Part shown: positions 8,349-17,590 of the stretch, one piece after another | How positions within the stretch are numbered: position 1 is the stretch's first letter | How the letters are laid out: each line of letters starts with the position of its first letter | NCBI GenBank assembly: GCA_965541585.1 | Contig: CBEUCH010000001.1 | Location: 96,001-160,000 of the forward strand | Source of the DNA: an uncultured bacterium | GTDB taxonomy: Bacteria; Zixibacteria; MSB-5A5; UBA10806 | DNA length: 64,000 nt | Reading direction: 5' to 3' | Made by a program: the position numbers and the translations under genes | Notes under the pieces: generated by a model | The model's database searches: none | Seen by the model: the letters and a program-made list of their open reading frames with translations, nothing else | Told to the model about the DNA's origin: nothing

Positions 8349-8718
8349 CTACGATTGACCTCACAATAATATCGACCTCTGCAGCCAGTTCTTTTAGGCG
8401 CGGTTCTGCAAAGAATTCGCTGATCATCGCCGGTCTCATGGCCGAAATGATCGTCTCGTTGTCTTTTATGTAAACGTTTATCTTGCAAGGTATAAACAGG
8501 CCAACGTCCTCGGCTATCCCCAGGACTTGATGCGCAAATCCGGCATTGCAGACCTCTATGATCTTGAAAGGTCCCCTTTCAAATCCCTTTTCCTGAAGAG
8601 TTGCCTTCACGTCATGGATATGCAACACCCGAAAGCCCTTGGCGGCCGTAATCTCCTCTATTTTCGCCACCGCGTCGTCGAATGCCCTGTTTGACTTCGT
8701 CGTGTACCCTAACTCCAT
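8335..8718 (-). CDS. DUF302 domain protein
   Basis: 'GFRVLHIHDVKATL.EKG', 'IIEVCN' and 'GLFIPCKINVY'. Confidence 0.9.
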   Translation of the reverse strand: MELGYTTKSNRAFDDAVAKIEEITAAKGFRVLHIHDVKATLQEKGFERGPFKIIEVCNAGFAHQVLGIAEDVGLFIPCKINVYIKDNETIISAMRPAMISEFFAEPRLKELAAEVDIIVRSIVDEAK

Positions 8719-8825
8719 TTTTTTCCTCCGAGCGTTGAAAACCGCTGTAACATACCAAAAGTTTCAAAAAATCAAAATAAAAATTTCGCCGCTTAACTGC
8801 CATTATGATGTGACGATATATTGAA

Positions 8826-10415
8826 ATGATGGATAATGCGAAGCTTGATTTGCTAAGAAAAGCCTCGATTTTCAATTCTCTCTCGGATGACAGCCTGGCT
8901 AAGTTGGCGGAAGTCTTTGAGCAGCAAAAATATCCGGCGGGGAGCTACATCTTTAGAGAGGGAGAGGCGGGCGACAGCTTTATGCTTGTTGAAAGCGGCA
9001 CGGTAGAGGTAATCAAACACGGATCTTCTGCCGATGCCGATGTCAACCTGGCTAGCCGGGGACCGGGAGAGATCCTGGGAGAGATGGCCCTGATAGAGGA
9101 TTCGCCGCGGTTCGCAGATGCAGTAACCCGGGATGACGTAACTGTTTTAGCTCTTTCCAAGAGTCAGTTTAAGCATCTGCTGGCCGAAAATCCGATGGTC
9201 GCCATGGAAATCATGAGTTCGCTGTCGTCCAAATTGCGGCAGGCCGACCTCCAGATGATAAGCGATCTGGAGAAAAAGAATGTCGAGCTTGAGTCTGCCA
9301 ACGTTGATCTGACCAGGGCCAAAAACTTCAGGGACAAGATCATTGATAATGCGCCGTTTTTCATGATTATTACCGATAATTCTGGCAATATCGTTCTCAT
9401 AAATGAGTCGGCGGAGAAAATATTCGGTCATTCATTCGATGAGATCGAAGGCAAACCTATCAGCGCCATCATCCTGGCGGCCGGGGAGCACGATGTTCTG
9501 GGCGAGATTAGTGAATCTTTGAGCCACAATGGCGTTTGGAGAGGGCAGCTAATCACCGAAAGGTCTGATGGCTCTCAGACGATTATCGATCTGATAGTGG
9601 TGAATGTCGGGGAAGACAACAGCAAAAGCCAGTCAGTGCTTTACATGGGCAATGATGTTACGGAGGAAAAGCATATGCAAAGGCAGGCTTTTCAGCTGGA
9701 GAGGATGGCCACTCGCGGCGAGATGGCCGCTGAGATTGCTCATGAACTGAACAATTATCTTTCCATAGTCTCCGGCAACCTCGAATTACTGGGTATGGAT
9801 ATCGGACGAGGGAAGTTCGATAAAGTGGAAAAGAAAACCACCGCCATGAAAAACGGCTTGGTGAGGATCACTAAATTCGTCGAGGGTCTGATGTCAGTAG
9901 CCCGGCCCGAGACAAGGATGGAAATCTTCGATATACATCAGTTCCTCGATAACGAGTTGTTCTTCTTGAAGCCTCAACCCAAGTATAAGGGGATTGAATT
10001 TATTTCGCGCTGGGGTAACGATATCCCGGCCATTGAAGCGGACGGCGGGCAGCTTCAACAGGTGTTGTTCAATCTATTTAATAATGCCTCCGACGCCCTG
10101 TCTGAAATTCCGCCCGGGAAGCGGAGAGTGACGATTTCGACAGCATATTCCAGTTCGGATGAGACCATAACGCTGACCATAAGCGATAACGGTTGCGGCA
10201 TGTCGGAGGACGATTACGGCAGGGTATTCCGGCAGCATTTTACTACGAAGAAAACCGGGCATGGATTCGGGCTTCTGGCAGTCAAGCGGGCGATCAAGAG
10301 CCATGGTGGGAAGATATCAGCATCACCCGGTCCCGAGGGAGGCGCCAGTTTTATGATTGAATTGCCCAGACGCTTGAAGCTACGTGTTGAAAAAGCGGTC
10401 GAGGCCACGGCTTAA
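8826..10415 (+). CDS. Cytoplasmic histidine kinase with cNMP-binding and PAS domains
   Basis: cNMP cassette 'GEILGEMALIEDSPR'; PAS; H-box AHELNN, N-box NNASDA, G1 DNGCGM and G2 GHGFGL. Confidence 0.92.
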   Translation: MMDNAKLDLLRKASIFNSLSDDSLAKLAEVFEQQKYPAGSYIFREGEAGDSFMLVESGTVEVIKHGSSADADVNLASRGPGEILGEMALIEDSPRFADAVTRDDVTVLALSKSQFKHLLAENPMVAMEIMSSLSSKLRQADLQMISDLEKKNVELESANVDLTRAKNFRDKIIDNAPFFMIITDNSGNIVLINESAEKIFGHSFDEIEGKPISAIILAAGEHDVLGEISESLSHNGVWRGQLITERSDGSQTIIDLIVVNVGEDNSKSQSVLYMGNDVTEEKHMQRQAFQLERMATRGEMAAEIAHELNNYLSIVSGNLELLGMDIGRGKFDKVEKKTTAMKNGLVRITKFVEGLMSVARPETRMEIFDIHQFLDNELFFLKPQPKYKGIEFISRWGNDIPAIEADGGQLQQVLFNLFNNASDALSEIPPGKRRVTISTAYSSSDETITLTISDNGCGMSEDDYGRVFRQHFTTKKTGHGFGLLAVKRAIKSHGGKISASPGPEGGASFMIELPRRLKLRVEKAVEATA

Positions 10416-10427
10416 GGTAACAACATC

Positions 10428-10769
10428 ATGGACCCCCTGTTTTTCTTTTTACTGGGACATTTTATTGGCGATTATGCTCTTCAGACCGATAAGATGGCCG
10501 CCAATAAACAGAAAATCAGCGGTCTTCTAATCTTTCATGCAACGATTTATTCTCTGACTATAGTCGCCTCTGCCGGCGTACATGATCTATTCTACCGGCC
10601 TTCCATAATCTTAGCTACGTTACCATGGATAATCCCGATTTTTGCTATCCACGTTTTTCAGGATTTGATCAAATCGAAATATCTTAGCAGTTCACGACAG
10701 TCTTATTACATCGATCAGGCTCTGCATCTGGCCGCGCTTTACGCCCTGCGGATCATTGTAGGAGGATAA
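10428..10769 (+). CDS. DUF3307-like small membrane protein
   Basis: 'LLGHFIGDYALQTDKMA', 'H...D' and 'IDQALH' motifs. Confidence 0.85.
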   Translation: MDPLFFFLLGHFIGDYALQTDKMAANKQKISGLLIFHATIYSLTIVASAGVHDLFYRPSIILATLPWIIPIFAIHVFQDLIKSKYLSSSRQSYYIDQALHLAALYALRIIVGG

Positions 10770-10785
10770 TATCATAGATGAATCG

Positions 10786-13700
10786 GTGAAAGTGCATCCG
10801 AAGCTCCAGTGCCTCGGATACCTCTCGCGGCTTGCGTTGCAGCAGGTAAGAGATAAGAGAAATCTGATCGAGATCCGGGGAAGTTTCCTGTTCGCGGACC
10901 TTTCCGGTTTCACGGCCATGTCTGACAGGCTGAGTGCCTCCGGACGTCTCGGCTCCGAGGAATTAGCATCGACGATCAACAAAATTTTTGATCCCCTGCT
11001 TGAAATAATATTCTTTTACGGCGGCGACGTTGTGAAATTCGGAGGCGACGCTGTGCTTGCTTTATTCGACGATAACAATCATACGGCAAGAGCAGCATCG
11101 TGCGGCTTCTCGCTTCTCGAAAGCATCGGGCCATCCTGTAAGGTTTCTACGAGTGTGGGAGATTTCGCAATTGCGATTCATATCGGTATATCCAGTGGTT
11201 CAGCGCTTTCGGCGATTGTCGGCGGCGAGGGAGGGCGGTACGATCATCTCTTTTGCGGTCCGGATATCTCGCTGGCCTGTGCGGCTGCGGATGAAGCCGG
11301 ATCAGGAGAACTTCTCCTGGCGGAAAACTGTAAGGTCTATCTGGAAAACAACCTGATTGAAATCTCATCGGATAAACGATTTCTATCGATAAAAAAGCCT
11401 GCTGAATCGCTGGCACAACCGGCTGAGGATAATCGAAAAATGATAGATTTAGGGCAGTCGCGGCTAAGACCATTCTTACCGGCAGGGCTCTGGGAAAAAA
11501 TAACTATTGCTGCAAATGGGAGAATCGAAGGAGAACATCGCCATATAACCGCCATGTTTATGGGAATCGACGGGTGGCATAATAATCTGGTTTCGCAGGG
11601 CGATAACCGGGGAGGATATTACCGGTTTATAAACAAACATATCGTTGAGTTGTTTGCCGTTACGGAGAAATACGGAGGAAATATCGTTCGGCTGGATCCT
11701 ACAGATATAGGAGAAAGAGCGCTGGTGCTTTTCGGGGCACCGGTGCTGCGGGAGAATGCTCCGGTAGATGCCTTGAAGGCTGCGCTGGAGATGAGGAAGA
11801 TCACCGATGAAATTTCGCAAGCGTTGCCGAAACCTTTGAAGATCAAGATCGGAATTAACTCTGGTATCAGCTATGTGGGGGACGTTGGAGGGAGTTTCCG
11901 TCGGGAATATACCGCCATGGGGAAAGGGGTCAATCTGGCTGCCCGCTTGATGGCTAAGGCCGATTGGGGAGAGATAATTGCAGGACCGGTAACACTGGAG
12001 GCAGCAAGGGGGTTTTTCAGGACCGAGGTGAAAGGTGTTTCCGCTGTGAAGGGAATTGAAAAGACCGTTACTCTGGAAAGAGTTATCGCTGAAAGAGAAG
12101 CTTTGGTTTCGAGAAAAGGATCCCCGAATCTGATAGGTAGAGAAAGAGAGATTCAGATTCTGGATGAATTCGTGGTGAACGTGTTGGCCGGCCAGGGTGG
12201 ACTCGTACAGATATTTGGGGAGGCCGGCTCGGGGAAATCAGCCCTGATGGAAAAAACTAATTCGGAGTTCGAAAAAGATAAAATCGTAATTTTGCGAGCC
12301 GCCTGTTTTCAGCACACATCCAATACGCCGCTTTATCCCGTGGGAGAGATTCTCCGCCAGAGCCTTGGAGTTACGGAGCAGGATAGCAGAGAGGAAAGAA
12401 AACACAGGCTTCAGTCTGCCCTCTCCGATGCCGGCAGTCTGGAATGGGAAGGACTCCTGTGCAGGCTGATGGGCTACACCATCAAACCGACACCGGAAAT
12501 AAGTAATCTCTCTGAAACCGCAAAGTGCAACAGAGCATTCCAATTAATTAATTCCCTTCTTCTTCTCCGTTGCGGCGGGAATCCGGCCTGCATCATAATT
12601 GACGATTTGCACTGGAGCGACCCGACCACAATTGAATTCTTAAACCTCCATACCGGAATACTTGTGGAGAATGGAATCAGCGTTTTGCTGATATCCCGTA
12701 TCTCGGAACTGGTTCCCCGGTACGATTCCTCGATCATCATCGATCTGGGATTGCTGGACGAAAAAGCCAGCGCGAGGCTCTTCAGATCGGTGCTGAAGAG
12801 AAAGGTTCCGGATGACTTCGTAGCCGAGATCGTCAAAGCCTCCGGGGGAAACCCGTTTTACCTGGAGGAAATGGCAAAGGCAATACTCGATATGGGTATC
12901 GAAGCCTGGTCAGAATCGATAGGTATACCGGACAGCGTCGAGCGGGTGATAACAGCCAGAATCGACCGGCTCGATGAAATGGTCAAAACCACAGTCAGGA
13001 CAGCCAGTATCATAGGCAGGATATTTGGTCTGGAGGATCTGACGAATATTTTCCCGTTGCAGGAGAATAAATCCCATATCCCGGAATATCTCGATAAGTC
13101 CGCGGCGCTGGATATCACGCCTCTGGAGCGTACAGAACCGGTGATCGAATATGGCTTCAAGCACATTTTGACAAAAGAGGTTGCGTATTCGGGCTTATCG
13201 TATAAATCCCGTAAAATGCTTCATCATGCACTTGCAGGATATTATCGAATTTGCGGGCGAGGCCGAGGCATAGGGCCTGAATTGATAGGCTATCATTTTG
13301 AACGTACTGAGACCCCGAAGATGGCGGTTCCTTATTACCTGTTGGCGGGGCAGGCTGCCGGGAAAGCATTCTCGAATCCCGAGGCGATATTCTATTTCGA
13401 AAAGGTCTTAGAGCTTCTGGGTCCCGATGGCAATCCGAAGATGATATGCCGCGCCAATCTGGGGCTGGGCAGGGTTTTCAAGTTAACAGGGAAATATGAT
13501 AACGCAGAAAAACATCTCAAAATTGCGTCTGGAGCCTCCGCCACCTGTCGATTCTGGCGTTCGGAGGCCTTGAAGGAGCTCTCGGAACTGTACCGGATCA
13601 AGACCGAATTCGACAAAGCATCTGAGATTTTAAGTATGCTTCTGGATCTGGACGAAGGCAATCCTACGTATCAGGCAACATATCAGAACGGCATGGGGGA

Positions 13701-14832
13701 GATCGCCAGACGAAAGGGGGATCTCGATCCAGCGCTGAAGCATTTTTCCTCTGCGCTGCAATACAGGGATAGGATTGATTCCGGGTTGACGGCTGAGATA
13801 CTCAATAATACAGGAATTTGCCTGTGGATGCTGGGGCGCCTTGATGAAGCCCTGCTAAAATATGGGGATGCCAGGGCCATTTATCTGGAGAAGAGAGATC
13901 TCCAGGGTATTGCCAAGATCTCGAACAACTCCGGTATTATCCAGGAGCAGAAGGGTAACCTGGCCGGGGCGGCGGAGTCCTACGGGGAAGCGGCAGCCGT
14001 TTTCGAGAGGATCGGAGATATCCGGTCCCAGGGCTTCTGCCATGGCAACCTGGCGACAAATTTCATTACCAGGGGCATACCCGCTATGTCCAGAGAATAT
14101 ATTGACAGGGCGCTGCAGCTGTTTGAGAAAATCGGTGATCGCGGCAGCTATGCCTTAACCGTTGGGAATCTGGCCGATTGGCACTACCTGGTAGGCGACA
14201 ACGAGGAGGCATCACAGGTTTGCGAACGCACCATCCAGCTGGCGAGTGAATTGAAGAATGAAGAGCTAATCTGCGAGACCAATATAAGAAAAGCTCTGCT
14301 GATGTTAATGGATGATACGGTTGATCCAATGATCCTGTTAAAAAACGCTTACGAAGAATCAGTGGAGAAAAAATGGCATGATCTCGGAATAAAAGCTGAA
14401 TTTTATCTTCTGGAATGGGAGATCCTGAGAGGACAATCCGGTAATCAAAAATCAGCTTTATCGAAGTTATCGAAATTGAAAAAGAAAAAACCGCCTCCGG
14501 AGTTAATCTGCAAAATAAATAAGCTCAAAGGTTTGTTAGAATATAAAAAAGGCAGTCAAAAAGCGGCTCGTATCTCCCTTATGGCTGCATATCGGGTCGC
14601 CAGGAAATGCGATCTGGTATGCGATTGCCGGGAGATTCTCGGTCTTTATGGCTTTCTCTGGCCGGATTATAGGAGGCCGGTAGAAAAGAGACTGAAAGAC
14701 CTCGAACTGCGGATTTTTGAAAATCTGCATGAGAGAAACGTCAGGCAGATGAAAGCCGGACTGGAAAGAAGGTTGAGTCTCTATCTTTCGATGGCTAACT
14801 CTCCCGTAAAGCAACCATCGACTGTCGTGTGA
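10786..14832 (+). CDS. Tandem class III nucleotidyl cyclase + STAND AAA ATPase + TPR protein (soluble-adenylyl-cyclase-like)
   Basis: C1 'FADLSGFT...KFGGDA'; C2 'RREYTAMGKGVNLAARLM'; Walker A GEAGSGKS; Walker B IIIDDLHW; 'GGNPFYLEE'; TPR repeats. Confidence 0.92.
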   Translation: MKVHPKLQCLGYLSRLALQQVRDKRNLIEIRGSFLFADLSGFTAMSDRLSASGRLGSEELASTINKIFDPLLEIIFFYGGDVVKFGGDAVLALFDDNNHTARAASCGFSLLESIGPSCKVSTSVGDFAIAIHIGISSGSALSAIVGGEGGRYDHLFCGPDISLACAAADEAGSGELLLAENCKVYLENNLIEISSDKRFLSIKKPAESLAQPAEDNRKMIDLGQSRLRPFLPAGLWEKITIAANGRIEGEHRHITAMFMGIDGWHNNLVSQGDNRGGYYRFINKHIVELFAVTEKYGGNIVRLDPTDIGERALVLFGAPVLRENAPVDALKAALEMRKITDEISQALPKPLKIKIGINSGISYVGDVGGSFRREYTAMGKGVNLAARLMAKADWGEIIAGPVTLEAARGFFRTEVKGVSAVKGIEKTVTLERVIAEREALVSRKGSPNLIGREREIQILDEFVVNVLAGQGGLVQIFGEAGSGKSALMEKTNSEFEKDKIVILRAACFQHTSNTPLYPVGEILRQSLGVTEQDSREERKHRLQSALSDAGSLEWEGLLCRLMGYTIKPTPEISNLSETAKCNRAFQLINSLLLLRCGGNPACIIIDDLHWSDPTTIEFLNLHTGILVENGISVLLISRISELVPRYDSSIIIDLGLLDEKASARLFRSVLKRKVPDDFVAEIVKASGGNPFYLEEMAKAILDMGIEAWSESIGIPDSVERVITARIDRLDEMVKTTVRTASIIGRIFGLEDLTNIFPLQENKSHIPEYLDKSAALDITPLERTEPVIEYGFKHILTKEVAYSGLSYKSRKMLHHALAGYYRICGRGRGIGPELIGYHFERTETPKMAVPYYLLAGQAAGKAFSNPEAIFYFEKVLELLGPDGNPKMICRANLGLGRVFKLTGKYDNAEKHLKIASGASATCRFWRSEALKELSELYRIKTEFDKASEILSMLLDLDEGNPTYQATYQNGMGEIARRKGDLDPALKHFSSALQYRDRIDSGLTAEILNNTGICLWMLGRLDEALLKYGDARAIYLEKRDLQGIAKISNNSGIIQEQKGNLAGAAESYGEAAAVFERIGDIRSQGFCHGNLATNFITRGIPAMSREYIDRALQLFEKIGDRGSYALTVGNLADWHYLVGDNEEASQVCERTIQLASELKNEELICETNIRKALLMLMDDTVDPMILLKNAYEESVEKKWHDLGIKAEFYLLEWEILRGQSGNQKSALSKLSKLKKKKPPPELICKINKLKGLLEYKKGSQKAARISLMAAYRVARKCDLVCDCREILGLYGFLWPDYRRPVEKRLKDLELRIFENLHERNVRQMKAGLERRLSLYLSMANSPVKQPSTVV

Positions 14833-15126
14833 ATCAGCTGATTTGCATCTAAGATGAAAGCATTCGCTTGAGCTCAGGCATCATAATCGCAAATTCAAAT
14901 ATGCATAGATATTGAAGTCTGGTGTTTCGTATTCGCCCGAAAGGCGAGTCTTTATAGATGCCTGTCTTTTGAATTCTAAACCTCCACACGAATTATCTGC
15001 TCCCTTTCGCCTTGACAATCGCGCCGCAGGTGGATTTCTTGGTTTTGTTGTGAGGAAGTGTGCAGGTGCCGAGGGATCTTCGGATCGGGCGCCACGGATG
15101 GTTATCAGGATATGATCGAAGGAGGA

Positions 15127-16308
15127 ATGGTGAAAGAGGTAGTGGTAATAGATGGCGCGCGGACTCCGTTCGCGGAATTCTGTGGATCGCTAAAGGAGAT
15201 TATAGCCAACGATCTGGGAGCGATAGCGGCCAGGGGAGCCATGGAGCGTTCCGGGGTTAAGCCGGGTCAGATAAATCATGTTATATTCGGCAACGCCATG
15301 CAAACGTCGGGCGATGCCCTCTACGGGGCCCGCCATGTCGGCCTGAAATCGGGAGTTCCGATCGATGTGCCGGCGATCACGGTTAACAGGATCTGCGGGT
15401 CGGGTCTGCAGGCGTTAGTTTACGGCGCACAGCTTATTCAACTCGGTGAGGCGGATATCTGCCTGGTCGGTGGGATGGAAAATATGTCGCAATGCCCCCA
15501 TGTGATTCGAGGCGCTCGCTGGGGTCTGCCGCTCGGGCAGGGGCAGATGGAGGATGCGCTCTGGGTCGCGCTGTCGGATTCATACAACAATATGAGCATG
15601 GCCATAACGGCTGAGAATCTGGCGGCAAAATATAGTATCTCCCGTGAGGAGCAGGATAAATTCGCCCTCAGATCACAGAACGCCGCTATCAACGCCCGCG
15701 ATAAGGGCTGGTTGAAGGAGGAGATGGTTCCGGTGATGCTGCGGGATCGCAAAGGAAACGAAACCGAGTTCTGGACCGACGAGCATATACGGGAAACCTC
15801 AATAGAAAAACTCGGCAAACTTCGAGCGGTGTTTAAGAAGGACGGTGGTGTCACCGCGGGCAACGCGTCGGGGATAAACGACGGGGCTTCTGCGCTGGTT
15901 ATCGCGTCGGCGGAAAAAGCCAAAGATCTGGGCCTGACACCGAAGGCGAAGCTGATGTCCCATGCCGTCTGCGCTGTCGATCCGGATATCATGGGGATAG
16001 GCCCGGTACCGGCTATAAGAAAGGCCGCCGAAAAGGCCGGGACGAAAGTTCATGATTTTGACCTCGCGGAAATTAACGAAGCCTTTGCAGCGCAATACCT
16101 GGCCTGTGAGAAAGAACTGGAACTCGATCGCAACAAGGTCAACGTGAACGGTGGCGCCATCGCGCTCGGACATCCCCTGGGCGCATCCGGGGCGCGTCTG
16201 GCCTTGACACTGATTTACGAGATGCATCGACGAGATGCTAAGACGGGCGTGGCGTCGCTGTGCATCGGCGGAGGACAGGGTATTGCCGCCGCGTTTGAGA
16301 AGATTTAG
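15127..16308 (+). CDS. Acetyl-CoA C-acetyltransferase (thiolase)
   Basis: 'NRICGSG', 'NEAFA', 'GHPLGASG' and 'CIGGGQG'; start placed after GGAGGA. Confidence 0.95.
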   Translation: MVKEVVVIDGARTPFAEFCGSLKEIIANDLGAIAARGAMERSGVKPGQINHVIFGNAMQTSGDALYGARHVGLKSGVPIDVPAITVNRICGSGLQALVYGAQLIQLGEADICLVGGMENMSQCPHVIRGARWGLPLGQGQMEDALWVALSDSYNNMSMAITAENLAAKYSISREEQDKFALRSQNAAINARDKGWLKEEMVPVMLRDRKGNETEFWTDEHIRETSIEKLGKLRAVFKKDGGVTAGNASGINDGASALVIASAEKAKDLGLTPKAKLMSHAVCAVDPDIMGIGPVPAIRKAAEKAGTKVHDFDLAEINEAFAAQYLACEKELELDRNKVNVNGGAIALGHPLGASGARLALTLIYEMHRRDAKTGVASLCIGGGQGIAAAFEKI

Positions 16309-16380
16309 TTCTCGAACATATGCAGTATAAATCGCAAACGTCATAGCCTGAAATAATCCTTTTAATCTGTCGGAGAAAGT

Positions 16381-16755
16381 ATGAGAAGATTTCTTGCTAT
16401 TTGCATAACGCTTTTTTGCGTGGCCTTGTCTGCCAGGGCGGATGACGGCCCGCTGGGTTTTGCCCCGATCGTAAACGAGGTCTCGGTCTATCAAAATAGT
16501 TCCGATGAGGGGGACGATCTCGGTCAGACATTGCAAATCATCTCCATAAACGAGATAAAATTGGGCACCGCTTTCAACCTGGAATTCACGGCCGATTTCA
16601 ATCGCAGGATGACTCCGGGAGAAGATAAAGATTACTATCTCGAAATAAGCCTGGTAAAACCGGTCTGGAAGAAACTTTCGGTTAATTATCAAAGGATTCA
16701 CGGGACTTTCATAGCCGATCCTGTTAACCAGTTTGGAGTGCGATGGAGCTTCTGA
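16381..16755 (+). CDS. Small exported beta-strand-rich protein with C-terminal beta-signal
   Basis: Signal peptide ending ARA; C-terminus 'QFGVRWSF'. Confidence 0.65.
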   Translation: MRRFLAICITLFCVALSARADDGPLGFAPIVNEVSVYQNSSDEGDDLGQTLQIISINEIKLGTAFNLEFTADFNRRMTPGEDKDYYLEISLVKPVWKKLSVNYQRIHGTFIADPVNQFGVRWSF

Positions 16756-17336
16756 AGAAAAACTTCCCGATATTATTTGCCATAGTACTGTTGGGATGCG
16801 GTTCTCATAATTACAGACCGCGAACCGGAGATATAGTCCTCCAGGACTTAAAAAGCCCATCATCCGAGGCCATCAAGCTGGCAACCGACTCACCCTATTC
16901 TCATTGCGGCCTGGTGTCCGTGGAGGGTGATGTTGCATTCGTCATCGAGGCTGTAGGACCCGTCAGGAAGATTCCCCTCGAAAAGTGGATCGAAAACGGC
17001 GAGGGATCATATTCTGCCTTGCGGCTGAAAGAAAGTGGAAATGTCGATGATGCAATTCTCGCCGCTGAAGAGTATCTGGGTTTGCCATATGACCACATGT
17101 ACCTCTGGAGCGATGATGAGTTTTATTGCTCCGAACTCGTCTACAAAGCATTCATCAGGGGCTGCGGGATAAGCCTATGCGATCTGAGAAAGTTTGAAGA
17201 ATACAATCTTGAATCCGTGGAAAGCGCTATCCGGGAACGCTTCGGGGAAATCCCTGTCGGACAAAAGGTTGTGACGCCCGAGGATCTGGCGCATTCAGCC
17301 CTGCTGAAGCCTGTCTATTCAAATATGAAGGAATAG
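16743..17336 (+). CDS. YiiX/YebB-like permuted papain-like NlpC/P60 lipoprotein
   Basis: 'GDIVLQ', 'YSHCG', 'FYCSELV'; lipobox LLGC. Confidence 0.88.
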   Translation: MELLKKNFPILFAIVLLGCGSHNYRPRTGDIVLQDLKSPSSEAIKLATDSPYSHCGLVSVEGDVAFVIEAVGPVRKIPLEKWIENGEGSYSALRLKESGNVDDAILAAEEYLGLPYDHMYLWSDDEFYCSELVYKAFIRGCGISLCDLRKFEEYNLESVESAIRERFGEIPVGQKVVTPEDLAHSALLKPVYSNMKE

Positions 17337-17590
17337 CATCGTTTTGTACCTGCAATTACCCAGTAATTGTGTCTGCCACTTCGGTCTTGTGTCGATTCTC
17401 TGTTTTTTGAGCCTCCTGCAACAAAATTTCCATGTGAAATCTCTGTAATAGCTTAGCTTCTAACACCTTACGCGAATCGGAAGAAGTGTTTCAAATTTTA
17501 ACGTTTGACGTCTCTTCCAACCAAAGCAAATTTTAATCGATCCTCATTCCGATAATTGAAAAGTAACCAAATATTATCACGGGAGGACCG

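Noticed and set aside
14920..15100. Hairpins upstream of the thiolase gene (TTCGCC-CGAAA-GGCGAG; GATC-TTCG-GATC)
   Set aside because: No recognisable riboswitch or ncRNA consensus; an Infernal/Rfam scan would be needed.
15799..16863. 354-aa minus-strand ORF
   Set aside because: Antisense shadow of the thiolase and downstream genes, with no motifs.
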